Below, one piece after another: positions 27,711 through 37,771 of a stretch of DNA of 64,000 bases; within the stretch, counting starts at the first letter, position 1, and each line of letters begins with the position of its first letter. The DNA is from an uncultured Candidatus Saccharibacteria bacterium (GTDB taxonomy: Bacteria; Patescibacteriota; Minisyncoccia; Phycocordibacterales; SIBU01). The notes beneath the pieces were generated by a model. That model was not told the origin of the DNA. It made no database searches and was given only the letters and a program-made list of their open reading frames with translations. The position numbers and the translations under genes were made by a program. Location: assembly GCA_964430335.1 (NCBI GenBank), contig CAYSEN010000001.1, forward strand, positions 1,653-65,652, written 5' to 3'.

Positions 27711-29057
27711 TTAAAGCATTGTTCTAATCTGGTCTAATTCCTGGCTAAGACTCGTGTCCATTTTCAACTCCTCTTTAATCTTTTCACATGAATGAATCAC
27801 TGTTGTATGGTCTCTGCCTCCTAATTTCTGACCAATCAAAGGATAAGATATTCTGAAATCCTCTCTTAAGATGTACATTACAAGCTGTCTTGGTTTTACT
27901 ACTTCTTTTCTTCGGGTTTTTTCATAAATATCCGCTTCTTCTATGTTAAAGAAGCTTGCCACAGCCTTTGTTACTTCTTTAACCGAAATCGCTTTTTTAG
28001 GTTTCGCACTGTTTTTTATCAGATTTCTGACTTCAGCAATACCCAACTCTCTACCTTTGAGTTGAGATTGGCAGATTAGTACGTTTAGCATACCTTCAAG
28101 TTCTCGAATGTTTCCCTCAAGAGAGTTGGCTAGGTGATCTAAAACATCTTCTGAAACAGACACAGAAGACATCTGAGCTTTGGTTTTAAGAATAGCCAAC
28201 CTTGATTCCCTATCAGGTGTAGGAATGTCTACTATCATACCCGCAGAAAATCTGGATTTTAATCGGTCTTCTAGATTTTGAATGTAATTTGGATGCTTAT
28301 CAGATGAGAATACAATCTGCTTGTTACTTTCGTGCATAGTATTGAACAAATGGAACAACTCTTCCTGGGTTTTTTCTTTGTTTGAGAAGAATTGAATATC
28401 GTCCATGATTAAGATGTCATACTTTCTGTATTTATCCTTAAAAACATTGATTTTATTGGCTTGTACGGCGTTGATGTAATCTATGGCGAACTTCTCTGAG
28501 GTCACGTAAAATATTTTTTTACTAGGGTTTTGTGCCCTAGCGTAATTGCCTATAGCTTGTATCAAGTGAGTTTTACCGTGCCCTGTGTTTCCGTAAATAA
28601 ATAATGGGTTGTACACACTTCCTGGTTTTCTTGCCACAGCCTGAGCGGCGGCATGAGCCAATTCATTAAAAGGTCCAACAACAAAAGACTCAAACGTGTA
28701 TTTTGGATTTAAGTTGTTCTCTTTATCAACATACACATCCTGTAGGGGTAACTCAGCGGTAGGACTTGGTTGTTGACTTCTCGCATTCTCCGCTTCCCTT
28801 CTCTTGCCGTCATCCTTAGTGATTATGTATTCGAGCGCCCTTGTGTGCTCGTCGAGGTTTCTTAAGGACTTTAAGATTGTTTTGTGGTATTTGTTGAATA
28901 GCCAATCCTTAGCGAAGGCGTTTGGTACTGATATGAATACCACACCATCGTCTCTTTTGATTATCCTTGTATCCTTAAACCATGTGTTAAAGTTGGCTTT
29001 TGATACCGTCAGTTCGATTTCTCCTAGTACATTATTCCAGAGTTGCTCATTTTCCAT
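27711..29057 (-). CDS. dnaA: chromosomal replication initiator DnaA
   Basis: GNTGHGKTHL Walker A, IMDDIQF Walker B, and the C-terminal DNA-binding signature GGRDHTTVIHSCEKI. Confidence 0.95.
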   Translation of the reverse strand: MENEQLWNNVLGEIELTVSKANFNTWFKDTRIIKRDDGVVFISVPNAFAKDWLFNKYHKTILKSLRNLDEHTRALEYIITKDDGKRREAENARSQQPSPTAELPLQDVYVDKENNLNPKYTFESFVVGPFNELAHAAAQAVARKPGSVYNPLFIYGNTGHGKTHLIQAIGNYARAQNPSKKIFYVTSEKFAIDYINAVQANKINVFKDKYRKYDILIMDDIQFFSNKEKTQEELFHLFNTMHESNKQIVFSSDKHPNYIQNLEDRLKSRFSAGMIVDIPTPDRESRLAILKTKAQMSSVSVSEDVLDHLANSLEGNIRELEGMLNVLICQSQLKGRELGIAEVRNLIKNSAKPKKAISVKEVTKAVASFFNIEEADIYEKTRRKEVVKPRQLVMYILREDFRISYPLIGQKLGGRDHTTVIHSCEKIKEELKMDTSLSQELDQIRTML

Positions 29058-29207
29058 AGTTTGAATGATTATTTAAGTCGTCTCATTATATACTTATTTA
29101 TAAAGGCATGAACTTGTGGAAAATCGTGAGATATGTTTATAATGTGTGAACAGTTTGGGGATAACGATACTCAACAATATAAATTTCAAGTATTTACTTA
29201 ATCTAAT

Positions 29208-29342
29208 ATGTCTTTTACATACAAACCAAAAAGAAAAAAGAGAGCTCGAACCCACGGTTTTCTTGTTAGACAAGCAAAACACGGAGGTAAGAGAGTGATA
29301 AAGAGCCGAAGAAGAAAGGGTCGCAAGAAGCTTACCGTCTAG
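29208..29342 (+). CDS. rpmH: 50S ribosomal protein L34
   Basis: 44-aa ORF below the track cutoff: MSFTYKPKRKKRARTHGFLVRQAKHGGKRVIKSRRRKGRKKLTV. Conserved position before rnpA. Confidence 0.9.
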   Translation: MSFTYKPKRKKRARTHGFLVRQAKHGGKRVIKSRRRKGRKKLTV

Positions 29343-29370
29343 TCTTCATCTCAATAGGTCATTTAATTTA

Positions 29371-29721
29371 ATGATCCCCTCAAAAAGAAAGGTTGGAAAA
29401 CACCTATTTAAAGCCGTTTTATCCAAAAACCGGTCATTTCATTCTGATCATTTTAATTTAAAAATAAGCAATATTGGTAAAAATAAGGCTAAGTTTTCGG
29501 TTGTAGTGTCTAAAAAGGTTGAAAAAACCGCAGTTAACAGGAACCTAACCAAAAGAAGGGTTTATGGTGTATGCAGACCGTTGATAAAAGACGTTGTTTC
29601 TGGAACTGTTGGTGTGTTTTTCGTGAAGAAAAGCGTTGTAGGTATACCTTTCAATGATTTGGAGCTAGAAGTCAAAAATCTGATTAGTAAAACTGGTATC
29701 ATCTCAAAAATTACGCTATAG
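29371..29721 (+). CDS. rnpA: RNase P protein component
   Basis: Basic 116-aa protein with an RNR-like motif (AVNRNLTKRRVY). rpmH-rnpA-yidC synteny. Confidence 0.75.
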   Translation: MIPSKRKVGKHLFKAVLSKNRSFHSDHFNLKISNIGKNKAKFSVVVSKKVEKTAVNRNLTKRRVYGVCRPLIKDVVSGTVGVFFVKKSVVGIPFNDLELEVKNLISKTGIISKITL

Positions 29722-29730
29722 TGTTGGCTA

Positions 29731-30456
29731 ATGATAAGCCATATATTTAACCTAGTGTTTTACCAGCCGTTGTATAACGGCCTCATTCTTTTGATGGATC
29801 TTATTCCTTGGGCTGACGCGGGGGTCTGTGTTGTTATTTTTACAATACTGGTTAAGCTCGCCCTATTCCCTATTTCCCAGAAGGCCACAATCACTCAGCT
29901 TAAATTAAAGGCTCTAGAACGCGACTTAGCTGAGCTCAAGGAAAAGCATAAGGATGACAAAGAGGCTTACACTAGAGCCACTCTAGCTTTTTATAAAGAA
30001 AAGGATGTTAATCCATTCTCGACTTTTTTCCTCACCTTAATTCAAATACCTATAATTTTAAGTCTTTACTACATTTTTTACAGCGGAGGATTACCTGTGG
30101 TTGATAAAGCAATCCTATATTCTTTTGTTAAGGTTCCTGAGGTTGTCATGCACTTTTTAGGGTTTATAGATATTACACATGGTAGTATTTATCTAGCAGT
30201 TTTGGTTGCCGTCAGTCAGTATTTCCAAATTAAATTTTCAATGCCAGATCAAAAACCTCACACCCCTGGCACTTCAATGAAAGATGATTTTGCAAAGGTT
30301 CTAAATTTACAAATGAGATATTTCTTACCAGCTTTTGTAGGAGTCATTGCCTACAATATTTCTGGCGCCGTCTCTCTTTATTGGATCACTAGCAATCTTT
30401 TTGCCATAGGTCAGGAAATTTATGTAAGAAAGTCCTTTTTAAAAAGAACAACATAA
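29731..30456 (+). CDS. yidC: YidC/Oxa1-family membrane insertase (short form)
   Basis: Multi-TM 241 aa with the amphipathic region ISQKATITQLKLKALERDLAELKEK. Synteny with rnpA and jag. Confidence 0.8.
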   Translation: MISHIFNLVFYQPLYNGLILLMDLIPWADAGVCVVIFTILVKLALFPISQKATITQLKLKALERDLAELKEKHKDDKEAYTRATLAFYKEKDVNPFSTFFLTLIQIPIILSLYYIFYSGGLPVVDKAILYSFVKVPEVVMHFLGFIDITHGSIYLAVLVAVSQYFQIKFSMPDQKPHTPGTSMKDDFAKVLNLQMRYFLPAFVGVIAYNISGAVSLYWITSNLFAIGQEIYVRKSFLKRTT

Positions 30457-30465
30457 ATAAAATCT

Positions 30466-30954
30466 ATGCCTTTAGATAACACGGTTGAAATCATAAAGAA
30501 TATTCTAGGTTTAATGGGTTTAAGGTTTGATTCGGTGGAGAAGGTTGAAGATTCGAAATCGAATTATTTTAAGTATTTAATAAAAACAGAAGAATCGGGA
30601 GTATTGATAGGTCCAAACGGAGCGAATCTAGATGCTTTAAATTACTTAGTACGAAAAATTGTTAGTAAGCAAAATGGCGACGAAACCTCAGCTAAGTTCT
30701 CTATTGATGTGAATGGATATCACGATAAAGCCCTTGAGTCCTTGAAGACTAAGGCAAAAATAATGAGCGACAGAGCCAAATCTTTTAAAATTGATGTAGA
30801 ACTAGACCCTATGTCGTCTTACGAGAGAATGATCGTTCACTCACACCTCGAAGGTGTTCCAGAAATTAAAACCGAATCAATCGGTGAAGGTTCTAGTAGA
30901 AGAGTGGTAATAAAATATATCGGAGCTGTCTCGAATCCAGAGAAATTTATTTAA
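30466..30954 (+). CDS. jag: Jag/KhpB-like RNA-binding protein (KH + R3H)
   Basis: R3H region SSYERMIVHSHLEG...RRVVIK. Position after yidC. Confidence 0.75.
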   Translation: MPLDNTVEIIKNILGLMGLRFDSVEKVEDSKSNYFKYLIKTEESGVLIGPNGANLDALNYLVRKIVSKQNGDETSAKFSIDVNGYHDKALESLKTKAKIMSDRAKSFKIDVELDPMSSYERMIVHSHLEGVPEIKTESIGEGSSRRVVIKYIGAVSNPEKFI

Positions 30955-32192
30955 TTTGATCCGAGTCTAAGGCTCCAGATATGATAATCAATTTTGTTGG
31001 TTATCATTAGGTAATCTTCTTTAGGGCTAAGCATGAGGTTCATTCCGTCTATATCTTTCTTAGCGTAGTCTTTCAATCTCAATAGTAATTCCCCTGATCC
31101 GGTATCCGTATTTATTTTCCATATTTCATCTGAAAACAAAACTTGTCCTTTATACCAAGAGTCCGGGTACAAACCTTGCGGAATATATGATGGAACACTG
31201 CAATAGATAATTTCTTGGTTATTCTTTGACCAGACACATTTTTCTGGGAATGTAGAAACTGGCGTGTCGGTTACCTTCCCTGTTTTGAAGGAATAGATCT
31301 TAAAATTTATTCCACCTGATGTGCTTTCCGAATAAACTGCGCGCTCGCCTTTCAAATCAGTTTTAGTGGTCAGTCCATTTATGTTAGATATCGCCTTTGT
31401 TAATTGGCCGTTTTTAGCATTTAGCATAAACATTACCCCACCGGCGCCTGCAGATGGTTTCGATGTTATTGTGATAATGTTTGAGCTAGGCCAATCAACT
31501 AGCCACTCCGTAAGTGGTGAATCAAAAATTTGTGTCCTTTTAGCGTTATCAAAATCTGCCACAATTCCGTTACTGCCAACCGAACTCTGGAGTAAATAAA
31601 AGATTTTATCTTTGTCTGGGTTGATTGTGATTGATTTGATATTTTCCGCCATAAAATTACCACCCAAAGCACCGTCTGGATGATCAGAGTTTTTGTCCTG
31701 TATGTAGGCGTTGTATGACTTTATGTTATCGCTATCATCCTCCGCGTATCTTATTATTATTTTCTTCCCTGTTTTGTCCCAAATCGCTTCTTCGATTTTT
31801 GGAATGGTCGTGTTGGTCACTCGATCCTCGGCGTCATTTTGGGGACTAACATTGTATACATTACCTGTCCCTTTTTCTATAAAGCTAACAATAATATTTG
31901 ACGAACTCGCCGTGATTGTCGCTCCTGCAATCGGTCTGGTTGAGAGTTCTTTTAAAACAGGGATAAACGCGTTTCCTGTCGGTGTTTCGCTCTGGCTGGG
32001 TGTGCTAGTACCGATGTTTGTTTCTGGGCTGGGATTCTCACCTCCTGGGAAGGGGTTTTCGATTTTAGGGTTTTGGTTTTGGTTTGAATCTACCTTATTG
32101 TTATTTTTTGTATAAAAATAGAAAACAAGCAGGCCTCCTGAAACCAGAAGCAAAACCAAAATAATTATGATGATAGCGGTTTTTTTAGACAT
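30951..32192 (-). CDS. membrane-anchored hypothetical protein, beta-propeller-like body (last gene of T4SS-like operon)
   Basis: N-terminal TM helix, a low-complexity linker, then repetitive beta-rich sequence. Stop overlaps the jag stop by 4 nt. Confidence 0.55.
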   Translation of the reverse strand: MSKKTAIIIIILVLLLVSGGLLVFYFYTKNNNKVDSNQNQNPKIENPFPGGENPSPETNIGTSTPSQSETPTGNAFIPVLKELSTRPIAGATITASSSNIIVSFIEKGTGNVYNVSPQNDAEDRVTNTTIPKIEEAIWDKTGKKIIIRYAEDDSDNIKSYNAYIQDKNSDHPDGALGGNFMAENIKSITINPDKDKIFYLLQSSVGSNGIVADFDNAKRTQIFDSPLTEWLVDWPSSNIITITSKPSAGAGGVMFMLNAKNGQLTKAISNINGLTTKTDLKGERAVYSESTSGGINFKIYSFKTGKVTDTPVSTFPEKCVWSKNNQEIIYCSVPSYIPQGLYPDSWYKGQVLFSDEIWKINTDTGSGELLLRLKDYAKKDIDGMNLMLSPKEDYLMITNKIDYHIWSLRLGSN

Positions 32193-33287
32193 TTAATTAT
32201 TTGGCCAATTTCTGCAACTAAGTAGAATATGACTCTTGCCAGATGTCTGACCTGTTTGATCCGCACAAGCCTTTTTAATAATTTCGATTGTTTCATCGGC
32301 TTTTTTTCTTATTGCCTTTGCTAGCTCTGGGTCACTATACTGATTATTTGCCCTACTTATTGCGGCGACAGCTTCATTGTCTACCGTTCTCATCATCTCG
32401 TTGGCAATCTTAGAGTTCCCTTTGTTTATATCGTTGAAGGCTATGAACGGAGCGGTAATATTTAAATTTTGAAATTTATCTAACTCCAATTTTTTAGCAG
32501 CGGGCTCGTCATTGAACCTAAGCATGTCTTTTATTTCGTTGTTAAAACTACCAATCATTAATTTTTGATAGCCTGACGCATTTTGAGCACTATCAGCAGA
32601 CAGGTCATTTACCGTCTGATTAACAGCAAGTCTCCTATTCATTTCTATTGCTTTTTGTGATTCCATTTGCAACGCGTCTTTTTCCAGTTTATCAGCTGCG
32701 TCCCTCATGGCCACATAAGATTCTGGACTGGTTGCCTGATCCATTTGAGACCGGATCTGATTAGCCGTGGCCTTCTTTTCATCGGCGGTTTTTGTTACGT
32801 CAGCAACTTCTTGTCGCAATTTAGTATAAAGATTATCGAGGGTTTGAAGATCTGTCGGAGCCAGAATTTCTTTACCAGCCTTTGCCTGCTTCCAGAATAG
32901 AAAATTCATACTCACGAGCGTTGGGTCAATGGTATACAAAATAATGTAGGAAGTAAGAGCAAGTATAAGCCCTCCAATAGCTCGCTCTATTCTCGCCTTC
33001 CCTTCCTCTTTTCCTGTAATAGCGTCGGTCGATAGGTATTCAAAACCGCCAAGAACTATCATTAAGAATGCCAAAATACCTGCTAAAGCAATCCCGACTT
33101 TAAATGAACCAATTAAATAAACAGAAAGGTTGGTAGCACATGGTGGAGTGGCACAGTTGGGCGTCGTGCCTGGGATAGGCGCAAGTGGTACATAGTCAGC
33201 TGCCGAGAGTGTTAAAACTGGTAAAAGAAAAAAACTTAGGATTAGCAGAGTTTTAAATAGGCTGTTTTTTATTTTTTTTAATCGCAT
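32193..33287 (-). CDS. TrbC/VirB2-like T4SS pilin candidate with long C-terminal extension
   Basis: Signal peptide, then two hydrophobic helices (GIALAGILAFLMIVLGGF; AIGGLILALTSYIILYTI) in a pilin-like arrangement, then a ~230-aa helical tail. Confidence 0.5.
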   Translation of the reverse strand: MRLKKIKNSLFKTLLILSFFLLPVLTLSAADYVPLAPIPGTTPNCATPPCATNLSVYLIGSFKVGIALAGILAFLMIVLGGFEYLSTDAITGKEEGKARIERAIGGLILALTSYIILYTIDPTLVSMNFLFWKQAKAGKEILAPTDLQTLDNLYTKLRQEVADVTKTADEKKATANQIRSQMDQATSPESYVAMRDAADKLEKDALQMESQKAIEMNRRLAVNQTVNDLSADSAQNASGYQKLMIGSFNNEIKDMLRFNDEPAAKKLELDKFQNLNITAPFIAFNDINKGNSKIANEMMRTVDNEAVAAISRANNQYSDPELAKAIRKKADETIEIIKKACADQTGQTSGKSHILLSCRNWPNN

Positions 33288-33292
33288 TTTAT

Positions 33293-34306
33293 TTAAAATT
33301 GAACCTCACTTGTTTTTCCAAAACTCAAAGAGATGTCATTTGCTGCCATTTGGAACATCTTATCTGGGTTTGAAATTTGAAGGCTTACAAAGGATACACC
33401 TTTTGTGTCTTTGTCTTGCCTAAAAATTAAAGTGCTTTTGTTACCAGAATTTACAATGTTGCCATTTTGTCTCCATTCATATTTCAAATTATTACCTTCC
33501 CTCTCTTTTGCGCCAATAAAATATGGAATACCGACAATGCTTATTTCAGATTGACTAAGTACTGTATTGCTACTTAAGGCTCTGTTGTACTGTATTCCAT
33601 ATATAGGACTGTTTTCATAAAACAAGAGTTGAGGCAGTTGAGGTGCTAGGGAAATTGTTTTTGAAGCGTTGTATTTTTTATCTAACGTGGACACATCTAC
33701 TGATATTTTAACTGTGTTTGGCAACGTTCCGCCAGTGTAAATCATGTAATTTTTACCTAAACCTGAGGCTTGGGAAACTGCATCTCCGTCTATTGACCAC
33801 GTGTATACTAGATTTTTAGAAGATTCCTGAACGCCTCCGATAACAATGTTTGGCACTGCGACAATCTTAACACTCCCCTGCATTGGATAGATGGCCTTAC
33901 CTTTATAGAAAGGAGGTGTATAGGATTGTGCCTCCCAAATCAAATCCACATTTGCCGGGTTAATGTTTAGAGTTTGTTGGTATGATTGCCCATTCTTGTC
34001 TTTTATTAAAACAAGAATGTTTGTACTGCTACCAATGGGGCCAGTTTTAAACATTAATGTTTTGTCACCAGTGGCCTCCTTTTCTAGTTGACCGTTAATG
34101 AACCAAGATATTTCAGTTCGGTTTAAATCAATTGCATAGCTCTCCAAATTAACTTTAACGAATTGGTTTGGTCCGGGATAAGTAGGATCAGTGGTTATCA
34201 GTATGTTGTTTGAACTTCCAGAACCGCCTAATACTTGAAGGTCGGCAAATGATACTAAAGGTAATAAAAATAAAGCTATGAGAAATGTGATTGAAACAGG
34301 TTTCAT
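33293..34306 (-). CDS. secreted hypothetical protein
   Basis: Signal peptide MKPVSITFLIALFLLPLVSFA; beta-rich. In-operon. Confidence 0.55.
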   Translation of the reverse strand: MKPVSITFLIALFLLPLVSFADLQVLGGSGSSNNILITTDPTYPGPNQFVKVNLESYAIDLNRTEISWFINGQLEKEATGDKTLMFKTGPIGSSTNILVLIKDKNGQSYQQTLNINPANVDLIWEAQSYTPPFYKGKAIYPMQGSVKIVAVPNIVIGGVQESSKNLVYTWSIDGDAVSQASGLGKNYMIYTGGTLPNTVKISVDVSTLDKKYNASKTISLAPQLPQLLFYENSPIYGIQYNRALSSNTVLSQSEISIVGIPYFIGAKEREGNNLKYEWRQNGNIVNSGNKSTLIFRQDKDTKGVSFVSLQISNPDKMFQMAANDISLSFGKTSEVQF

Positions 34307-34333
34307 GTACTAATATTTTATCACAGAAAAAAA

Positions 34334-35236
34334 TTATTCAGTTAAGCTGTTTTCCTCATCTTCTTTAGCCTTTTTTCTTTGACCGTAAGAGAGAGATAAA
34401 TCTAGCAAATTACTTCTAAACTTTAAGGCGTCTTTGCTTTTTTGCCTCTCCTCGTTGTTTGCGCTCCCCCTTAGGTCTAGGCTGTTAGGATCTGAAGCGT
34501 CATCTTCCGCCCCTTGGTCAGAATTATTGTTACTATAACTTCTGCTTTCACGACTGGTCTGCCTTCTCGAGGTTTTTTGTTTCGGTGTGCTGTTTCTGTT
34601 GTTTTGATTTTCCTCCCCGATTGCTCCTTCATTGTTGTCTCCCAATTCACCACCATCTGAGTCTCCGTTTTCTTGATCATCATCCCCCTCCTCATCTTCG
34701 TCATCTAATTCCGGAGGAACGGATTCGTTTTCTGCCACCTCACCCGCTAGAGAGGCTCCTTCGGCACCAGCACCTACTTCTGCCCCTACCCCAGAGGCCA
34801 CAGCTCCTTCAGCTGCCAAAGAAGCACCTCCTGTTTCAGGAGCCAAAGCCACAGCTCCGGCAGCCACCGCGACTTTTGCAATTTTTGCTAATTTCTTTTC
34901 AGCTTCTACGGAAGCGTACATTACAATCCCGTCTAAAAACCAAAATGGCATCGCGTCTACGTCAGGAATCTCTTCTAGTAAAAACCCTAAACTGACAGTT
35001 AGTATTTTAGGTGCGTCAAAATTTACTCCTCTTAAATATAGATATGTCGGCCAAGCAAGTCCTGTAGCGAAGCTAATAAAACGATTCAAGAGTGTCCCTA
35101 CAGTTGCTATGAAAGGAATTCCAATCCAATCCAACACAAATTGGGCAATATCAATAATGCCGAGAATGGATATAACCATTCCCCACTCTAGTTTGCTGAT
35201 GTTTGGGCCACTTTTTTTAGCTTTTTTCTCGGCCAT
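34334..35236 (-). CDS. membrane protein with Ala/Gly-rich then highly acidic disordered tail
   Basis: Three to four TM helices in the first 120 aa. The tail contains DDEDEEGDDDQENGDSDGGE. Confidence 0.55.
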   Translation of the reverse strand: MAEKKAKKSGPNISKLEWGMVISILGIIDIAQFVLDWIGIPFIATVGTLLNRFISFATGLAWPTYLYLRGVNFDAPKILTVSLGFLLEEIPDVDAMPFWFLDGIVMYASVEAEKKLAKIAKVAVAAGAVALAPETGGASLAAEGAVASGVGAEVGAGAEGASLAGEVAENESVPPELDDEDEEGDDDQENGDSDGGELGDNNEGAIGEENQNNRNSTPKQKTSRRQTSRESRSYSNNNSDQGAEDDASDPNSLDLRGSANNEERQKSKDALKFRSNLLDLSLSYGQRKKAKEDEENSLTE

Positions 35237-35248
35237 TTGCTAAGGGTT

Positions 35249-37066
35249 TTACTTCTGGTCGCTGCTTTCCAAATCTTGTTTTGCCTGCTTGATCGCAAGT
35301 AGTTGTGACGGGTCTGAGGTGATGATCTGGTCTTCAGTGTACGAAGCGATCACTTTTATAGCGACGTGCTTTAGTCCCACGAAGAAAATTCCCTCACCTA
35401 CGTCCGATTCGAGTAGCAGATATTTTTCTTCATCAGTAAGACTAAAAGTTTTTTGAATTTTATCAATAGACGAGGGTGATTGTTTTAGCAACATTTGAAT
35501 AGAAGAGTTCGTGATGATAGGTAGTCCGTATGGAGATTTTAGGAAGTCGTCCACGTCTTGAGTAATGGTTGAAAGACCAAGGTAATATTTTCTTCCTCTT
35601 TTTGCCAGTCCAAGTAGGAATGAAGCCGTATCTTCTGATTTCATCATCCACCAAGCCTCGTCGATAACCAAAAGTCTTTTCTTAAGGTTTTTACGAATGG
35701 CGTTCCAGATGTAGTGCATGACTATATACATCGCCACCGGCTTTAGTTCATCTTCCATGTCTCTAAGAGAAAATACGATAAATTTACTATCAATATCGAT
35801 GTTTGAAGGTCGGTTAATAAAACCAGCCCAAGTTCCTCTTGTGTATTTACTTAGTCTTTGGACCAAAGAGTCCGCTCCTTCCATTCCAGCCAATACCAAT
35901 TCAAAATCAGACAGAAGTGGTGGCTCTACATTTCTAAAATCTGAATCAGGTGAAATGTCTTTGAGTGCGTACGTTTCGCTGATTGCGCGGTCTATAAGAG
36001 CGTCTTCCTCTGGTGTTAGGCCCCCTAACATGATTCTGAAAAGGCCAACAAGGTTAATTATGTTAGAGCGTAAAACATCTGCTGGTGACTCGTCTTCTCT
36101 TGGAATAGGCAAATCAAATGGGTTTATATGATGACTTGAGTTTAGTGAAATCGTAAAGTACTTCCCTCCCGTAGCCTCTGCCATATATTCGTATTCTCTT
36201 TCAGGATCAATCACGATAACTTCTGTATCAAACATCAAAGTTCTTAAAATTTCCAATTTGGTATTGTAACTTTTACCAGAACCAGATTTCGCAAAAGTAA
36301 TTGAGTTGTAGTTTTCCAAACTAAATCGATCAAAAAGCACAAGCGAAGAATTATGTCTGTTGATTCCGTACAAAATACCTTTGTCAGAAGTTAGGTCGAA
36401 AGAAGTGAATGGAAAAAGCGAAGAAAGAGGTTCAGAATTTAACTTCGAATGAATCATGAGTTCATCCTTAGCCATTGGCATAACACTTCGGAAACCTTGT
36501 TCTTGTTGGAAGAGTGCAGGCTTAATGTAAATCAATTTCGATTCCAAAAGTGATTTTATCTCCGACTCAATTTTGTCGAGCTCTGCATCAGAGTCTGCGT
36601 AAATAGACATGTACAGACCAACATCAAATAATTTTTCCTGAGCTTGCATCAAATTGTCACGCAACCTCTCAAGGTCTTGATATGCAGTATCTAGCATCGG
36701 GTCTCTGACCAGCCCTTTTTTCTCCCTAGTGCTGATTTGGCTTTGAACCTCGGCCACTTTTTTCTGAAATTGTCTCAAGACAGTGGCTGTGTCTATCGGG
36801 TGAATCATTATGGAAATATCAAAAACCTTGTCTAGGTTTATGATAGGAGAAAACCACCCAGCTGAAAGAAATCTAGGATATGAAATTACGAAAAAAGTTC
36901 TTACGATTTTATCACCCAAGTTTAGCGCTCTCGGACTAACCTTTAGAGCTGATGGTGCTATAACATCCTTAAGCTCTAATACACCTGCCTCGTAAATTTC
37001 TTGTGGAAGAATCGAGGCGATGTCTGGAGTCTTATCTTTGCTTTTTAGAAAATCAAATAATCCCAT
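35249..37066 (-). CDS. virB4: VirB4/TrbE-family T4SS ATPase (ATPase domain)
   Basis: Walker A FAKSGSGKSY, VIDPEREY, Walker B LLVIDEAWWMM. The ATG at 37066 lies 4 nt after the upstream gene's stop. Confidence 0.85.
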   Translation of the reverse strand: MGLFDFLKSKDKTPDIASILPQEIYEAGVLELKDVIAPSALKVSPRALNLGDKIVRTFFVISYPRFLSAGWFSPIINLDKVFDISIMIHPIDTATVLRQFQKKVAEVQSQISTREKKGLVRDPMLDTAYQDLERLRDNLMQAQEKLFDVGLYMSIYADSDAELDKIESEIKSLLESKLIYIKPALFQQEQGFRSVMPMAKDELMIHSKLNSEPLSSLFPFTSFDLTSDKGILYGINRHNSSLVLFDRFSLENYNSITFAKSGSGKSYNTKLEILRTLMFDTEVIVIDPEREYEYMAEATGGKYFTISLNSSHHINPFDLPIPREDESPADVLRSNIINLVGLFRIMLGGLTPEEDALIDRAISETYALKDISPDSDFRNVEPPLLSDFELVLAGMEGADSLVQRLSKYTRGTWAGFINRPSNIDIDSKFIVFSLRDMEDELKPVAMYIVMHYIWNAIRKNLKKRLLVIDEAWWMMKSEDTASFLLGLAKRGRKYYLGLSTITQDVDDFLKSPYGLPIITNSSIQMLLKQSPSSIDKIQKTFSLTDEEKYLLLESDVGEGIFFVGLKHVAIKVIASYTEDQIITSDPSQLLAIKQAKQDLESSDQK

Positions 37067-37070
37067 ATTT

Positions 37071-37721
37071 TTATTTAACTTGAATTGGCTTTTCGGTGTC
37101 ACCCGGATTAAATATTTTGTAGAAAAGTTCCACCACCTCTTCTGTTCCGAGCAAAACTGCTCTAATACCACATCTCATAAGTCCTTGTTCTACAACGGAA
37201 ATTCTCTGTAGCAGTTGGCTTCGGCTCTCCTCAAATGCATCTTGTTTTCTCTGCGATTTTTCAACCGCTTCTTTTCTGGTCAAGAATTTTCCTGCTAATT
37301 CTATCACTCCCCCTTTGGCTTGGAGAGGTGCTGGAGCGTAGGGTATGACAACAAAAAAGGTCTTAGTCATAATGCTCGTGCTTTCTGTAAAATTTTTGAT
37401 GAATTCTATGTACTCTCTTGTTTGAGTTTTCATCAGATCAGTCGTCTGGTTTTTGTAGGTCTCTTCTAGGAGTGCAATATATGGTCTGATATCCAATTTT
37501 CTCGATTCGATAAATAGTTGCACGGAAAAATCTAGAGAATTTAGAAAGTTCTGGAATTGCAATATGATAGCGTTTTGGTTGTCCTCAGACTTTAGTGCAA
37601 AGTTTAAAGACGAAGTCATGACTATTCCACGAAACGAGCCGTCTCTAAGCACGACAATACCGTCCCGAACCTCTTTGATCGGTACGAATTCTTGAGTCGC
37701 CTTAGAACTTTCTGTCGCCAT
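37071..37721 (-). CDS. VirB4 N-terminal-domain-like protein (split from ATPase domain)
   Basis: FVPIKEVRDGIVVLRDGSFRGIVMTSSLNFALKSEDNQNAII resembles the N-terminal region of VirB4/TrbE proteins. 216 aa + 605 aa matches full-length VirB4 size. Confidence 0.6.
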   Translation of the reverse strand: MATESSKATQEFVPIKEVRDGIVVLRDGSFRGIVMTSSLNFALKSEDNQNAIILQFQNFLNSLDFSVQLFIESRKLDIRPYIALLEETYKNQTTDLMKTQTREYIEFIKNFTESTSIMTKTFFVVIPYAPAPLQAKGGVIELAGKFLTRKEAVEKSQRKQDAFEESRSQLLQRISVVEQGLMRCGIRAVLLGTEEVVELFYKIFNPGDTEKPIQVK

Positions 37722-37771
37722 GCCTTGTATTATAACTTAGATTGCGATTGTTATTAACGATTTTTCTGTGC

